Origin: Felis catus
Taxonomy: Eukaryota
NCBI RefSeq assembly: GCF_018350175.1
Contig: NC_058370.1
Span: forward strand, 138,384,001-138,448,000
Direction of reading: 5' to 3'
DNA length: 64,000 bases
In this document: positions 1-11,319 of the stretch, piece by piece
How the letters are laid out: each line of letters opens with the position of its first letter
How positions within the stretch are numbered: the first letter of the stretch is position 1
Position numbers and translations under genes: made by a program
The notes under the pieces: generated by a model
Seen by the model: only the letters and a program-made list of their open reading frames with translations
Databases searched by the model: none
What the model was told of the DNA's origin: nothing

Positions 1-742
1 CTGTAGAGCCAGGAGATCTGCTGTGACCAGGCGTTGTCCGGGACTTTTTTGTTACGTGGCCCTCCAATGTCCCCGCTCTAACAGGGGACATGACACTTGG
101 GGTCTCGGACCTTGTGTTCAGCAGGTCTTGAACCACTGAGCATTGCCCTTTGCTCAGTGTACGACCACCACGTAAGTCGCGGTAGGTCTTCTTGGGTGCA
201 CGCTGGGGTAATGGTCACCGTCCGTACTTGCCCCATCGTTGTGGCTTCTGAATTCCCGGAGATCTGGCCATATTTTCTGTCAGTGGGTTTTAGGTCTGAA
301 ACTGGCTCAGATCAGTGCCGGGTAAGGGATTGTGACTTTTGGCGGGGTGACTTCCCTCAGCCTCCTGCTTATCCGTTCTTGTTTTCCTTTGAATTCGTAT
401 GTGTGTATGAACGCATGTACTAGGCAGGCAGGGCTCTGTTGAGCGACCATCTGTTTTGCTCCTAGGAATACCATCTCTTGTTATCTGTCGCCACAGCTCT
501 CGGCCAGTTGGCCTTCCCCAGCTGGCACGCTGCCTTGTTGGTCATTATGATAATTGCTACCCCCGACTTCTGGCAGTCACACGCCATCCCCAGGCCGCGG
601 TTGCTGTGGGGCCAGGTTTAGCTGCCGGAATCGGGAGTGGTCACAAAGCTTGTTATCAACCAGTCACACTCTGTGACAGCCTCTCCTAAGAGGGGAATTG
701 TTGGGTTATTTGGTAAGTGAATGCTCAGCTGCCAAAGGGCGT

Positions 743-862
743 CCCAGAATGTCTGCACCGTGTTGTGGTATCTCCAGCCCCAGAGGTCTGCACCATGTTA
801 AGGTCTGTCCAGCCCCAAATGTCTGCACCTTGTTACACTATCTCCAGCCCCAAATGTCTGCA
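743..862. repeat. 35-bp tandem repeat (~3.4 copies) within the L1 fragment
   Basis: gtctgca recurs at 751, 786, 821 and 856. Confidence 0.85.
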
Positions 863-1040
863 GAAGAGCCATTTGTTCCACATCTTTTCCAGTGCTTGGT
901 TTTGTTTATCTTTTTAAAATGAAATTTTAGCCATTCTCGCGGGCGTGTAGTACATCTTGTTTGGTTTTATTTTGCATTTTTCTAGTTACCATTGATGTTG
1001 AGCATCCTTTCTGGTGATTGTTGATCATTCATGTTTCCTC

Positions 1041-1244
1041 TTTTTTTTTTTTTTAACTTATTTACTTATTGAAAAAGAGAGGGGGGTGGGAAGAGAGAGA
1101 GAGGGAGAGAGAAAGAATCCTAAGCAGACACTAGGCTGTTAGCATAGAGTCTGATGCAGGGCTCAGTCTCACTACGCGTGGGCTCATGACCTGAGCTGAA
1201 ATCAAGAGACATACACTTAACTGACTGAACTGCCCAGGCACCCC
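1041..1244 (-). mobile_element. Older Can-SINE inserted in L1
   Basis: Poly-T, (GA)n tract, ...catgacctgagctgaaatcaagag...cttaactgactgaactgcccaggcacccc = reverse complement of a Can-SINE head. Confidence 0.85.
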
Positions 1245-4200
1245 CCCTATTCAGGTTTTTTCTTGAAGGGTTGATTCAGTGTTCTGCCATTTTTAAAATT
1301 TGGGTTGTTTCTTTCATTAAATTGTAAGAGTTCTTTATTATGGATACAAGCCCTCTGTCAGATAAATATATTAGGAATATTTTCTTCCAGTCTTCGTTTT
1401 TTTCATGATATCCTTCCAAGAGCAGAAGTTTTAAGTTTTGTGAAGTTCAATGTCTGTTGTTAGATAGAAGCTTTTAATTTTAATGTGGTCTATATTATCA
1501 GTGTTTTCTGTTATGATTTGTGTTTTATTCTGCCCTACTTAAGAAATCTTTGCTTATCCCAAGATTGTGAGGATATTCTACTATGCGTTGTAGAAAGGAT
1601 TTGTATTATTTTGTCTTTCACATTTTTATCTTCAGTCTGTGTGGAATTAGTTTTTGTGTATGTTGTGAGATAGGATAATACTTCATTTTTCATGTGAATA
1701 TACGATTGATCCATCATCTTTTACTGCAAATACCATGCTTTGTCCATTCCAGTGCAGTGGTATTTTTGTTATAAGTCAGGTGACCATTCTTGATGAGGTC
1801 TGTTCCTAGATTGCGTTTTCTTTCTTTGGTCTATGTATCTGTGTGCCGATACCAAGTTAATCCTGGATTTGTAAGCCAGCCACATTTGTTCCCGTGCCCG
1901 GCTGTTTTGGCCATGTGGACAGCTCACATTTCCATTTAATTTTAGAAGTACAGAAGCAGGTTGTCAGCTTCTATCCAGAAAGCCTTTTGGAACTTTAATT
2001 AAGGTTCACGGGTGCCTTACAATAGTGAAGCTTCTAATCTATGAACATGGTATACCCTCCTTGGATAGGCCTGTACTTTCTCCCAGCAGTGGTTTTAATT
2101 TTGCTGCACACAGGAGGTCTTACACCTCTGTAGTTTGAGATTTTATTGGATGTTTGATTTTTTAATGTGATTGTTAATATTTTTAAAAAATTTCCTAAAG
2201 CGTTGTTGTTATCTGTAGGCATCCAGTTAAATTTTATATATCACCTTGGTGCTCAACAGTTTTGCTAAATTCCCTGCTTTGTTTCTAAGAGTATAGTGTG
2301 TGTAGGCTGTCAGGTCTTCTACAACCATTATCATTAGCAAGTAGTGGTGTTTTCATTTCTTCTTTTCCCAGTCTTACACCTTCATGTTTTCCTTGACGTA
2401 TGAAGTAGGCAGGACCTCTAGTAGATTGTTAACTAAAAGTGGTAATACAAAACCTTCTTGTCTAATTCCTCTTCTCAAGGGGGAAGCATTTGGTATCTCT
2501 CCTGCACCGCTGTGTTTGCTGGGTGAGCAGGGAGTTACAGGGAAAGACACCTGAGCAGAGTTCCTCAGAGAAGGAATTTGTTCTGTGGGGACTCTGTCAG
2601 AGACGAGCTGTGTGCATTTCACTCATCTTGTAGAGAAGCTACAGTTAGTTCTCACGCGGGTGGCTCCATCACTCTTCACATTAGAGAGTTCTTTTTTCTG
2701 TCATTTAGGAAGACTGATATAATCTGTGCGTGTACGGGGTGAATGTCTCAGGCGTTCCTTTCTTCTTTCTGCCTCAGAGTCACCAGTTAGATATTCTCGT
2801 ATTTTAGGAATGCCATCGCCGCTTCTCAGGCTCTGCAGACAGACCGTGTGCTGGAAACTTCCACAAGAAAATGAGTTTCTCGTGTAGAAAGTCCATGGTG
2901 CGCTGCATTGTCAGAGGTGAAACGGGAAGGTGACCGTTAGGTGTGTGGCCCAGCAAGCTGTATGGGACGTGAGCCCCGACCTTGGGGTCAGAAGGCCCTG
3001 GCGGAAACCCCTATCCTTCCGCCTGTCCTTTGATCGTGGCCGATAATGGCAATACTGCCCCTGAAGCCCGGCATCACCTGTTATGTTCACTGGTGCGTTG
3101 TTTGGCTGATCAGTTGGTGTTTGGATTGAAGGGCCATTGCAGCTGCTAAGTGGGACATTTTCCAGTGTGGCATGAGGCCCTTTCTTCTTCGTATTTCATG
3201 CGGGAAACCTTGTGCACGCGGTATTCTCTCTTGTTCTGCATTTCTTTTATGGTCCTCACTCGATGTCAGCCTGGTGATTTAATGTTGAAACCTGTTCCTT
3301 GATTTACCATCATGTACTAAAAGGCCTTTAAAAGGGAACGTGTTTAGCACAGATGCAGTGTGGTACTGAACGGAAAACATGTTTGAAAGGATTTATATTT
3401 AGGGATTTATGATTTAATTTTTATCCCATAATGTTAAACCTGATTCGTTTTGGTCTTCTGTGTCTCCCTGTCATACTGAACAATCGTGCAGAGGGCCAGA
3501 ACCCGGTGCCTGGCGTGTTCCTGGGAACAGGTGGCCCTGGTCTTTCTTGTCTTGCTGTCCTTATCCACCGGGAGGCATTTCAGAGCGCTCCACGACAGAT
3601 CCCCGGGGGCTCTGAGTGGTGGGGACTGAGCAGCCGCCGTCGTCTGCGGGAGACGCTGTGTCCACGCGGCACCAGCGGGCGCCGGGCCGCACGCTGCCCG
3701 GAGAGCCAGGGCACAGCTGACACGACGCCTGGTGCGCTTCAGTGTGCGGTTCCCACCTGCCCGTCCCCTCCCCTCCGCGCACGGGGGTCCGGCGACACTG
3801 GCGACACGGTTTCCAGACGGAGACTTCTCAGGGTGCCCGGTGCCGGTGCGGGATTCCCTCATACAGCCGTGAGGAGCGCCTGTTCGCCGCCAGCCTTACG
3901 CCCGAGCGGCCCTCACGGGGTGTCTGTCGCACGCCCACCCCCGCGTTTTGCTCCCTGTCGTGAAGAACCGTTGAGGAAGCACAGAAGGAAATCGATTTGG
4001 AGGAAAATCAAATTTTCTTCTGAAGCAGAGTGGTGGTTTTAAAACAGGGAGGCAGGGGTCAGGCGGCTGCTGGCGGGGAGCCTGCCTGTCCCGCTTGCTG
4101 ACTCTGGGTGTGTGCCCCCCGCCCTGCTTGCTCCCTGCACTTCAGATGTTCGAGAGGGCAGGCGCGCTCTGCCTCGGCGTCTGTGTGGATGGAGGTGCGC

Positions 4201-4259
4201 CGTCTGGGCCGCGGCCGCGAACCGAGCTCTGTTGACATGACCCTCTGTTTATTCCTCAG

Positions 4260-4416
4260 CCTCAGACAGCAAGGTCCTGACGTGTGCGGCCGTGTGGAGG
4301 ATGCCGAAGGAATTGGAGCCCGGCAGCCACGAGTCCCCTGATGACTCATCGAGCCCCGCGCACACCCTGGAGCTGCTCTGTCACCTTGACGACACGGCCC
4401 ACGGCAGCGTGGCCTG
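4260..4416 (+). CDS. EIPR1: EIPR1 coding exon (probably exon 4): (T)[51 protein letters not shown](C)
   Basis: Acceptor tttattcctcag|C, donor TG|gtaggg; 157 nt, phase 1 to 2; peptide matches EIPR1. Confidence 0.95.
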
Positions 4417-5254
4417 GTAGGGTTCCGCCTATCTCATACGCCCGGGACAAGCCTGCAGTAGACAGCGTGCGGCCGCAGACTCCCGTGGTAGGGGCCGCGG
4501 CGCACGCTCGGGACTCTGCCCTCTTGTGAAAAGACGGTGTGAATGGCTTTCTGTCTGTCTCTCTCGTTTCCTGATCCTTGTTCTCCAGAGCGGACATGTT
4601 CACGGAAACCCTACCGCAAACATCGTGAAGGAGCCTGTGTGCAGGCCTCCTTTCGTCGAGACCAGTGTGGCCAGGCCCCTGCCGGGAGGGTGGCGGAGGC
4701 GGGCGCCGCAGAGGTCTTCAGCGTTCTGTCGCTCTTTCGCTTCTAAATACGGTCTTATTCAGCGGTCCTAAGCGTCAATTAATTGTGTCTTTAGGTTGAA
4801 GGCTCACAGTTCCTTCTTTTGTGGCCTGAATGAGGATATGCCGTGTGCCCACCTCGCTGCACCCCCGGGGCCGCCACGCCTTTACCCTTGCCTTCGTTCC
4901 CCTGTGTGTCGTGTGTGGCGCCCGGGGGTGGAGACGCGCCCGGTCCATCCGGGTTGCCTGGCCTGTCGCTGCCCGCGTGTTGTGATGGAGGCGCAGCCGC
5001 ACCCGCCAGTTCACCAAGGGAGCCTCCGCCGAGTGCTGTGAAATCCTGAAGACTCCGCAAATGCAGAAGGCCATGCTTTCTAGAAGGGACTGAGAGAGCG
5101 TATCGTTGTTACCGGTGTTTACCGTTACAGTGGTGATTGCCGTTTTCCTTAATACAGTAACGCTTCCGTGTGTGTGCAGACGTGTGTGCATGTGTGAGAA
5201 AGAGCCGTATCCTCTGTACACCCAATTCTGTTTTAGTTCAATCTACTGATTAAG

Positions 5255-5400
5255 TACATTTGATCCAACACATCTTTATTAAGCACCTGCTGCATGGACT
5301 TGCCGGGCCCCAGGGATGCCAGGTGGTGGGGGGGGAACACGGCCCCAAGCAGACACGCATGATCTCTCAGGGGAGACTCATGGTGTGCACATGTAGGTGA
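5255..5400 (-). mobile_element. L2 3'-end remnant
   Basis: catttgatccaacacatctttattaagcacctgctg resembles the reverse-complement L2 tail. Confidence 0.45.
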
Positions 5401-6142
5401 CCCAGGGCAGGCCGCAGCATGTGCTGAGATCATTGGGAACCGTGTCCCGTGGGCCCCCTGGGGAAAGAGGAATTAATGTTTACTGCTGGGATTGAAGAGG
5501 GATTTACGTGGGAGCTGACACGTGGAGCTGGGACTGATCCAGTCTCGCTTGGCATCAGCGGGGAACAGGGAGCAGACCTGCCCGTCGGCGCCCCCTGCGG
5601 GTCTGGAGGCCTCTGTGCTCCCGTGCGGGAGGTGTGGTCTCGAGGGTGCCAGGCCGACGCCACGTCCACAGTCAGTTCTCCGTATGGAGCCGGCAGACCC
5701 CCCCCCTCCCCCCACAGGAAGCAGAGCCACACAGGAGCCCCGCGGCTCCCACAAGGGGTCACCGGAGTGCGGAGCGAGCCTGGCAGCGGGGGCACGCCTG
5801 GAGTTCACTTTTCATTCAGTGCTACATTTGCTGCAGACACAGGCTTGCGTGTGCATGCGAGTGTGAGTGCACGTAGGCATGTGCATGAGTGTCGGGGGCG
5901 GGGCATGTAAGACGCGGTGCAGGCCAGCAGCGACTGCGGGGAATTTGGTGTGTGCAGAGGGTGTCTGTGCCTTTGGCTAGTGCACACATGGGCCGAGCCT
6001 AGGGGAGTTGAGGGAGGGGCTGCTGGTCTGTGTCCCCATAATGTTCTGGCAAAAGTGGTCACACCAGTCTGCGTGTGCTGCCGGGAGGTGAAGGTCAGTG
6101 AAATGTTAAGTCTGGGTCACACCCATGATCACATTTCTGTCA

Positions 6143-6321
6143 TCACAGCCCCTGTGAGCACAGCCCATTATCACACCCCGTTATCACACCCCTGTGAGCA
6201 CACCCCGTGAGCATACCCTGTATGAACACACCCCCTTATCACACCCCTGTGAGCGCACCTCATTATCACACCCCCTGTGAGCACACCTCGCGGTCATACC
6301 CCCTATGATTGCACCCCTGTG
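6143..6321. repeat. Degenerate minisatellite (TTATCACACCCCTGTGAGCACACC-like units)
   Basis: Recurrent atcacacccc and ctgtgagca motifs. Confidence 0.75.
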
Positions 6322-6487
6322 AAAGGGGAACTTGTTAGGAAATAATTGTTGGCATTTAAACACATGCAGATGAACTGTCTTCCTTAAATCCACCTTGGAA
6401 GTCCGCTCTCCTGAATCTGCGGCCCTTGTTTGCAGCGTCTCTTGAATTCCTTTTGTTCTCCACTGCATCACTATGTGTTTGCTGACT

Positions 6488-7282
6488 TTTTCCCTGAGGT
6501 AGCTGTGATCCACCTGCATTGTAGGAACAACACAGATGGATCCCGTGTGCCGTCGCCCATCTCCCCCAGTGGTGACGTTGCCTTCCTACTGTGCACTGCC
6601 ACCGTTGGGAGCTGGGGGTGTACCTTCAGTCCTCTGCCATTTCACCACGTGTGTCTCTTTGTGCAGCCATCCCGTGGCCAGGATACGGGACCAGGATCGC
6701 TCCTGCTACCTGTTGGTGGCCATAGCCCACTCCTCCTCATGCCGCATCCTTAATCCCCGGCAGGCATGGGTCTGTGCTCTGTCCTATAGACTCGTCACGT
6801 TGAGAATGTTCTATGAATGGGATCGTCCACTCTGGAAGCTTCGATAGTGGCTTTGTGCGCTCACCGTGATTCCCTGGAGGCTCATCCTGGTTGTCACATG
6901 TGTCCATCGGTGGCTCTTTCCCTTTATTCTAAAGAGGGGTCTAAGGGAAGATGGGGCACAGCTTGTGTGACCACTCACCTATTGAGAGACAGAGGCCACC
7001 ACTCACCTATTGAGGGACAGCTGGGCCTCCCCTGGGTTTTGGACATCATGGATGCAGCTACTGTGAGCATGCACGTACAGGTGTTCTCACATCTGTGGGT
7101 TTTCCTCCCTCTCAACTGAATGCCCTGGAGTGCAGTTCCCGGGGCGTCTGGTGGTTGAGTGTTTTGATTTGTGCAAACTGCCCCAGCCTTCTCAAGTGGC
7201 TGTGCATCTGACGTTCCCACCAGTGATGTGTGAGGACCCAGTCTTTGCATCCTCGCTGGCCTTTGGGGTTGTTACGTGTGTG

Positions 7283-7313
<31 letters not shown>

Positions 7314-7330
7314 TAAACTATCTTCAGTGA
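6488..7330 (-). mobile_element. L1MC-like 3' fragment, diverged
   Basis: gtaggaacaacacagatggatcccgtgtg...tcccccagtggtgac and later tgtgcaaactg...ttcccaccagtgatgtgtgagg resemble antisense L1M. Confidence 0.6.
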
Positions 7331-8290
7331 TGTCTTAGCAGACAGGGAATTTGCCTTTTGGAAATTTAAGTGTGGTGCATGTGTGAAGGTGGAGGGTGCT
7401 GTGTGTGGAGTTAAACACGAGGCAACTGCTAATTTTGTTTGTTTGCTTTTTGGTTTGTAAATTGAGGCCGAGAGCAGTTCTGGGAGAGGGGCTCCCAGCC
7501 AGGTCCTGAGGGTCGGCCCTGCTGCTGGCTGAAAAGGAGCATCCTGGAAAACCACGCAATTCCCAGTCTGCCCGGGTCGTTGCTGTGCCTCACATGTTCT
7601 GGCACGGGCTCCTGTCCTCAGGGCCGCTCGATGTCTGTTTGCCATGGAGCAGCTGGGCCCCAGCGTAGATGGCCCCACATGCCCACTTTGGCCCTCTAGC
7701 ACGCAGGGGGTGGGCAGTGCCTGCAGGCTGACCCTCCACTAGAGATTCACCAGTGTGTCTGGTTCGAGAGTGAAATAGGTGCTCCCGAGCTCCCAACCAT
7801 GGAGGGAGACGAGGCGCTGCCCTAAGGCTGCGTAGGTTTGCTGGAAAGTCACCCGCTTCTCAGTCACAAGTGAAGATTGCTGAAAAGGAGGAAATGCTTC
7901 AGCTGTTACAGTGGCTCGATGGCAGGATCTCTGGAAACGCGCCACCCCCCATGTCTGCTAGGACACACAGTACAAATAAGGCAGCAATCCCTTCCCTTCC
8001 TGATTTTCTCAGATCCACACTGTGGGGACCAAGTTGAGCTTAGAGGGACTACCTCGTAGCTTCTGTTCTTGATTAATGAGCCATCAGCTTCTTGGTTCAG
8101 TATGACCTCTTCGGAGAGGGCCTTCTTAACCATTCTGTCTAAAATAATCACTGTTCTGCCCCCACCCACATCTTCCTGTCCTTGCACCCAGTTTTATCCC
8201 GTGTAATAGCAGTCACCATGCCTGACGTTGCTGTGTGTGTTCATGCTCCTGTGACCCCGGGCAGGCGTCTTGGCAGGGGGCAGGTGCGTC

Positions 8291-8311
8291 CTCAGCACCA
8301 AGGACAGCGCC
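8291..8311 (+). promoter_or_regulatory. RE1/NRSE (REST site), copy 1
   Basis: CTCAGCACCAAGGACAGCGCC fits the consensus NTCAGCACCnnGGACAGCGCC. Confidence 0.8.
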
Positions 8312-8357
8312 CGGCCACGGCTCATGCTGTGTTGTGTGAGGGGAGAAGCGGTGCGTC

Positions 8358-8378
8358 TTCAGCACCAAGGACAGCGCC
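8358..8378 (+). promoter_or_regulatory. RE1/NRSE (REST site), copy 2
   Basis: TTCAGCACCAAGGACAGCGCC, a full match to the canonical 21-bp RE1. Confidence 0.85.
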
Positions 8379-10261
8379 CAGCCACTGCTCATGCTGTGTT
8401 GTGTGAAGGGAGAAGTGACTGTGACCAGGCCCTTCTGAGGTTTGCAGGCACCGCCCCCTGTATTTCCCACGTGACCCTGTAAAGTGGGGACCATTGCAGA
8501 GGCGGTAACTGTCTTCCGGGTGCTAAGGAGAAAGCATCCAGCCGTTTTTACTCGGTGGGGTGATTGGGCTTCAGAGCCAGGCAGTCTGACCCCAGAACGA
8601 CACCAATGTCCCAGGATTGCCTCCCTGCTGAGCGAACGAGCAGCAGGAGCCACTTGTGGTCGTCACACTGTGATTTGGAAGTTGTTTCCTTTGCTGGGAG
8701 TAGAAATACATCCTCATCAGAATAAGTTCTGAGAATGTTCACACATCTTCCTGCTGGTTCCTTATGGACGACAAGTGTAAATATATTGTGCTTTCCAGGG
8801 GAATTACTCATTTTGAGATAAAGCCACCTTTTTTTCTTTTTCTTTTTTTTTTTTTGGCATACTCCTCCCCCCCCCCCCCATACCCCCGGTTTGCTCCTGT
8901 GGTCAGTGTGTGGTGACCGTGGATCAGTGTATGCTGAGCGTGTGGTGAGCGTGGAAGACGTGGCCTTCCGATCTGTTGGTATGTCACGCTGTCCCTCTGG
9001 GCGTGTGCCTCCTTCTGGGGTGGTTGTGAGGGGTCTCTGGTGAGCTGTCCAGCTCTGTGTTCATTAGATGCTGGCGTCTCACACTTACTCAGTGGCACAT
9101 ACCTGTGTCTTGTGAATCAGACAATAGCTCATGACCCTCTTCCACTCTGCCTGTCACCCTGGAGGGAGTGGGACTGGGCAGCCTCACCTGGGACCAGGCC
9201 GCAGTGACATCCCTCACATGATGGCCCCAGGATGAGCTCATTCGGCTCACTGCTGGCCGCCTGCAGGGTGGTTGGATGCTTTTACCAAACTGATGTTTTT
9301 CACCGTCTACAGGGCATCTGGCCCCAGCGCATTTCAGGCTGTGTGTGTCAGATGCCTTGTGTTGTTCTGGGATGGGAAGGGACCTACACAGCTCAGTGAA
9401 ATTAATAAGAGCCCCCTTACTGTGTTAAATGAGGTAGGAGAGCTGAGCCCGGGGGCATGCATGTCATTGGCCCTTTTTCCACTTCCCAGGGGTAGGTAAG
9501 GGTGGCTCTTCACGGCACCCCCTCTTACAGGGTGGTTTTTTCCACGAAGGTGGGGCTTCTCCGTGAGTCAGCGACGAGACCGGCAGCTCAGGGCGTCCGT
9601 CATTGTCCGCAGTGTGGACTGTGGGGGTCGGTACTGGAGTGAGTGCAGACCCAGTGTGGCCCCCTGTCCTATCACACCAGCGTCATTGGGGGCCTGGTGG
9701 AGTGTCAGGGGAAAGGAGGCAGCGATTTGCTGAGAGGGCTGCTCCCGGGTGCGGGCCTGCTGGGGCGCACGTGCTCGCCGTGCATGAGCACGTGCTCGCC
9801 GTGTGCCCGCTGTGTGCCTGCCCTGTGGCATCATCACTGTTGGCTCAGGGCCGATGAGTCACACAGGTAATTCTGTGCTTCTCCACCTCCTTCTGATCAC
9901 GAAACCCACCCCCTCCCCCCCCCCACACACCCGCCACTCTCCCTGCTGCCGGTGAGTGGAAGCCAAGTGTAAGAATTAGCGGCTCCGGTCTGTTCTGGGC
10001 CCCATCTCCCAAGTGGTGCATCAGGGGGAGTCTACTGCCGCCTGGGGTCACGGACAATGAAAATCTCCCTTGAAGGAGAAGTTGCTAAACTGAGTAACCA
10101 GAGGCTTTCCAGGGTTGGCTGGGAAGTGAATGACAGTCACTGCAGCCGCTCACTGCCACCCCCAGACCCTGATGGGCTTGGGGGAGGGAGCATTGCTGTC
10201 ACTCATTTGCCACAGGGATGGGGTGGCTGGCCCACAGCCACTTCCTGAGCTAGCTCTCTCC

Positions 10262-10616
10262 GGGGAGCAGATCTCCTGAGTGCAAGCGGAGGTGGGGGGA
10301 GGAACAGACCTCCTGGGCACAGGGGGAGGTGGGGGGAGCCAACCTCCTGGGCGCAGGGGAAGGCGGGGGGAGCAGACCTCCTGGGTGCAGGGGGAGGCAG
10401 GGGGAGCAGACCTCCTGGGTGCAGGGGGAGGTGGGGGGAGCAGACCTCCTGGGTGCAGGGGGAGGCAGGGGGAGCAGACCTCCTGGGTGCAGGGGGAGGT
10501 GGGGGGAGCAGACCTCCTGGGTGCAGGGGGAGGCAGGGGGAGCAGACCTCCTGGGTGCAGGGGGAGGCAGGGGGAGCAGACCTCCTGGGTGCAGGGGGAG
10601 GCAGGGGGAGGTGGGG
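10262..10616. repeat. 34-bp G-rich minisatellite, ~10 copies
   Basis: Unit CTGGGTGCAGGGGGAGG(CA/TG/CG)GGGGGAGCAGACCTC. Confidence 0.95.
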
Positions 10617-11095
10617 GTCGCCATGGCACTGGAATGCCAAGTGGGCTGAGCAGGTACGGATGTGCCCAGGAAGGTGGGCGTGTGCGCTCTCATTAAAGGA
10701 GGGCAGTGGATGTGAGCCACTTCCTGAGGTACTTTGGCCAGAAGAGAAAGGATTCGGCGTCATCTCTCTTTTCGTGTTTCTTTAATCGTAGTTGTATACA
10801 ATCGTGGAAGAAATGCAAATTCAGAGGTATCCGTGACACCTTACAGAAGCCGTCTCTGAGGCTAAGTAGGAATGTGTGTTTGAAATTGAGAGATCTTATG
10901 ACACGGCTTTGCGGTCAACAGCGATGGAGAATTCCCGGTGACTGTGACGATACCGTCACTGAAGGTTTATGGGATTTTAGGAGGCTTGTGTTAGTGCCTT
11001 TTGGGTTTATGTGATCTAGGTGTGCTGAGGTGTGAGTGACCCCCTGGTCACTGGCTCGCTTCTAACGTCCATTAGCTTTTAAAGAGGACCAGCAC

Positions 11096-11319
11096 GGGGC
11101 GCCTGGGTGGCGCAGTCGGTTAAGCGTCCGACTTCAGCCAGGTCACGATCTCGCGGTCCGTGAGTTCGAGCCCCGCGTCAGGCTCTGGGCTGACGGCTCA
11201 GAGCCTGGAGCCTGTTTCTGATTCTGAGTCTCCCTCTCTCTCTGCCCCTCCCCCGTCCATGCTCTGTCTCTCTCTGTCCCAAAAATAAATAAACGTTGAA
11301 AAAAAAAATAAAAAAAAAA
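11096..11319 (+). mobile_element. Young felid Can-SINE (SINEC_Fc-like), full length
   Basis: GGGGCGCCTGGGTGGCGCAGTCGGTTAAG head, (CT)n, AATAAA, poly-A; TSD AAAGAGGACCAG(C/A)AC at 11081-11095 and 11320-11334; TTTT/AAAG target. Confidence 0.97.

Larger units (their letters stand above)
685..2510 (-). mobile_element. Old L1 (L1M-type) ORF2 fragment, degenerate
   Basis: Minus-strand peptides PNASPLRRGIRQEGFVLPLLVNNLLEVL (RT region) and SYLTTYTKTNSTQTEDKNVK resemble L1 ORF2; T-rich antisense L1 texture. Confidence 0.85.
8283..8415. repeat. 67-bp direct tandem duplication (2 copies)
   Basis: ggtgcgtc...gggagaag at 8283 and 8350, few mismatches. Confidence 0.95.

Noticed and set aside
10262-10616. 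CRISPR-like array (34-bp repeats)
   Set aside because: Units are contiguous with no unique spacers and no cas genes; this is mammalian DNA.
11096-11175. tRNA gene (A and B boxes)
   Set aside because: It is the tRNA-derived head of a Can-SINE; the same applies at 14232 and 32377.
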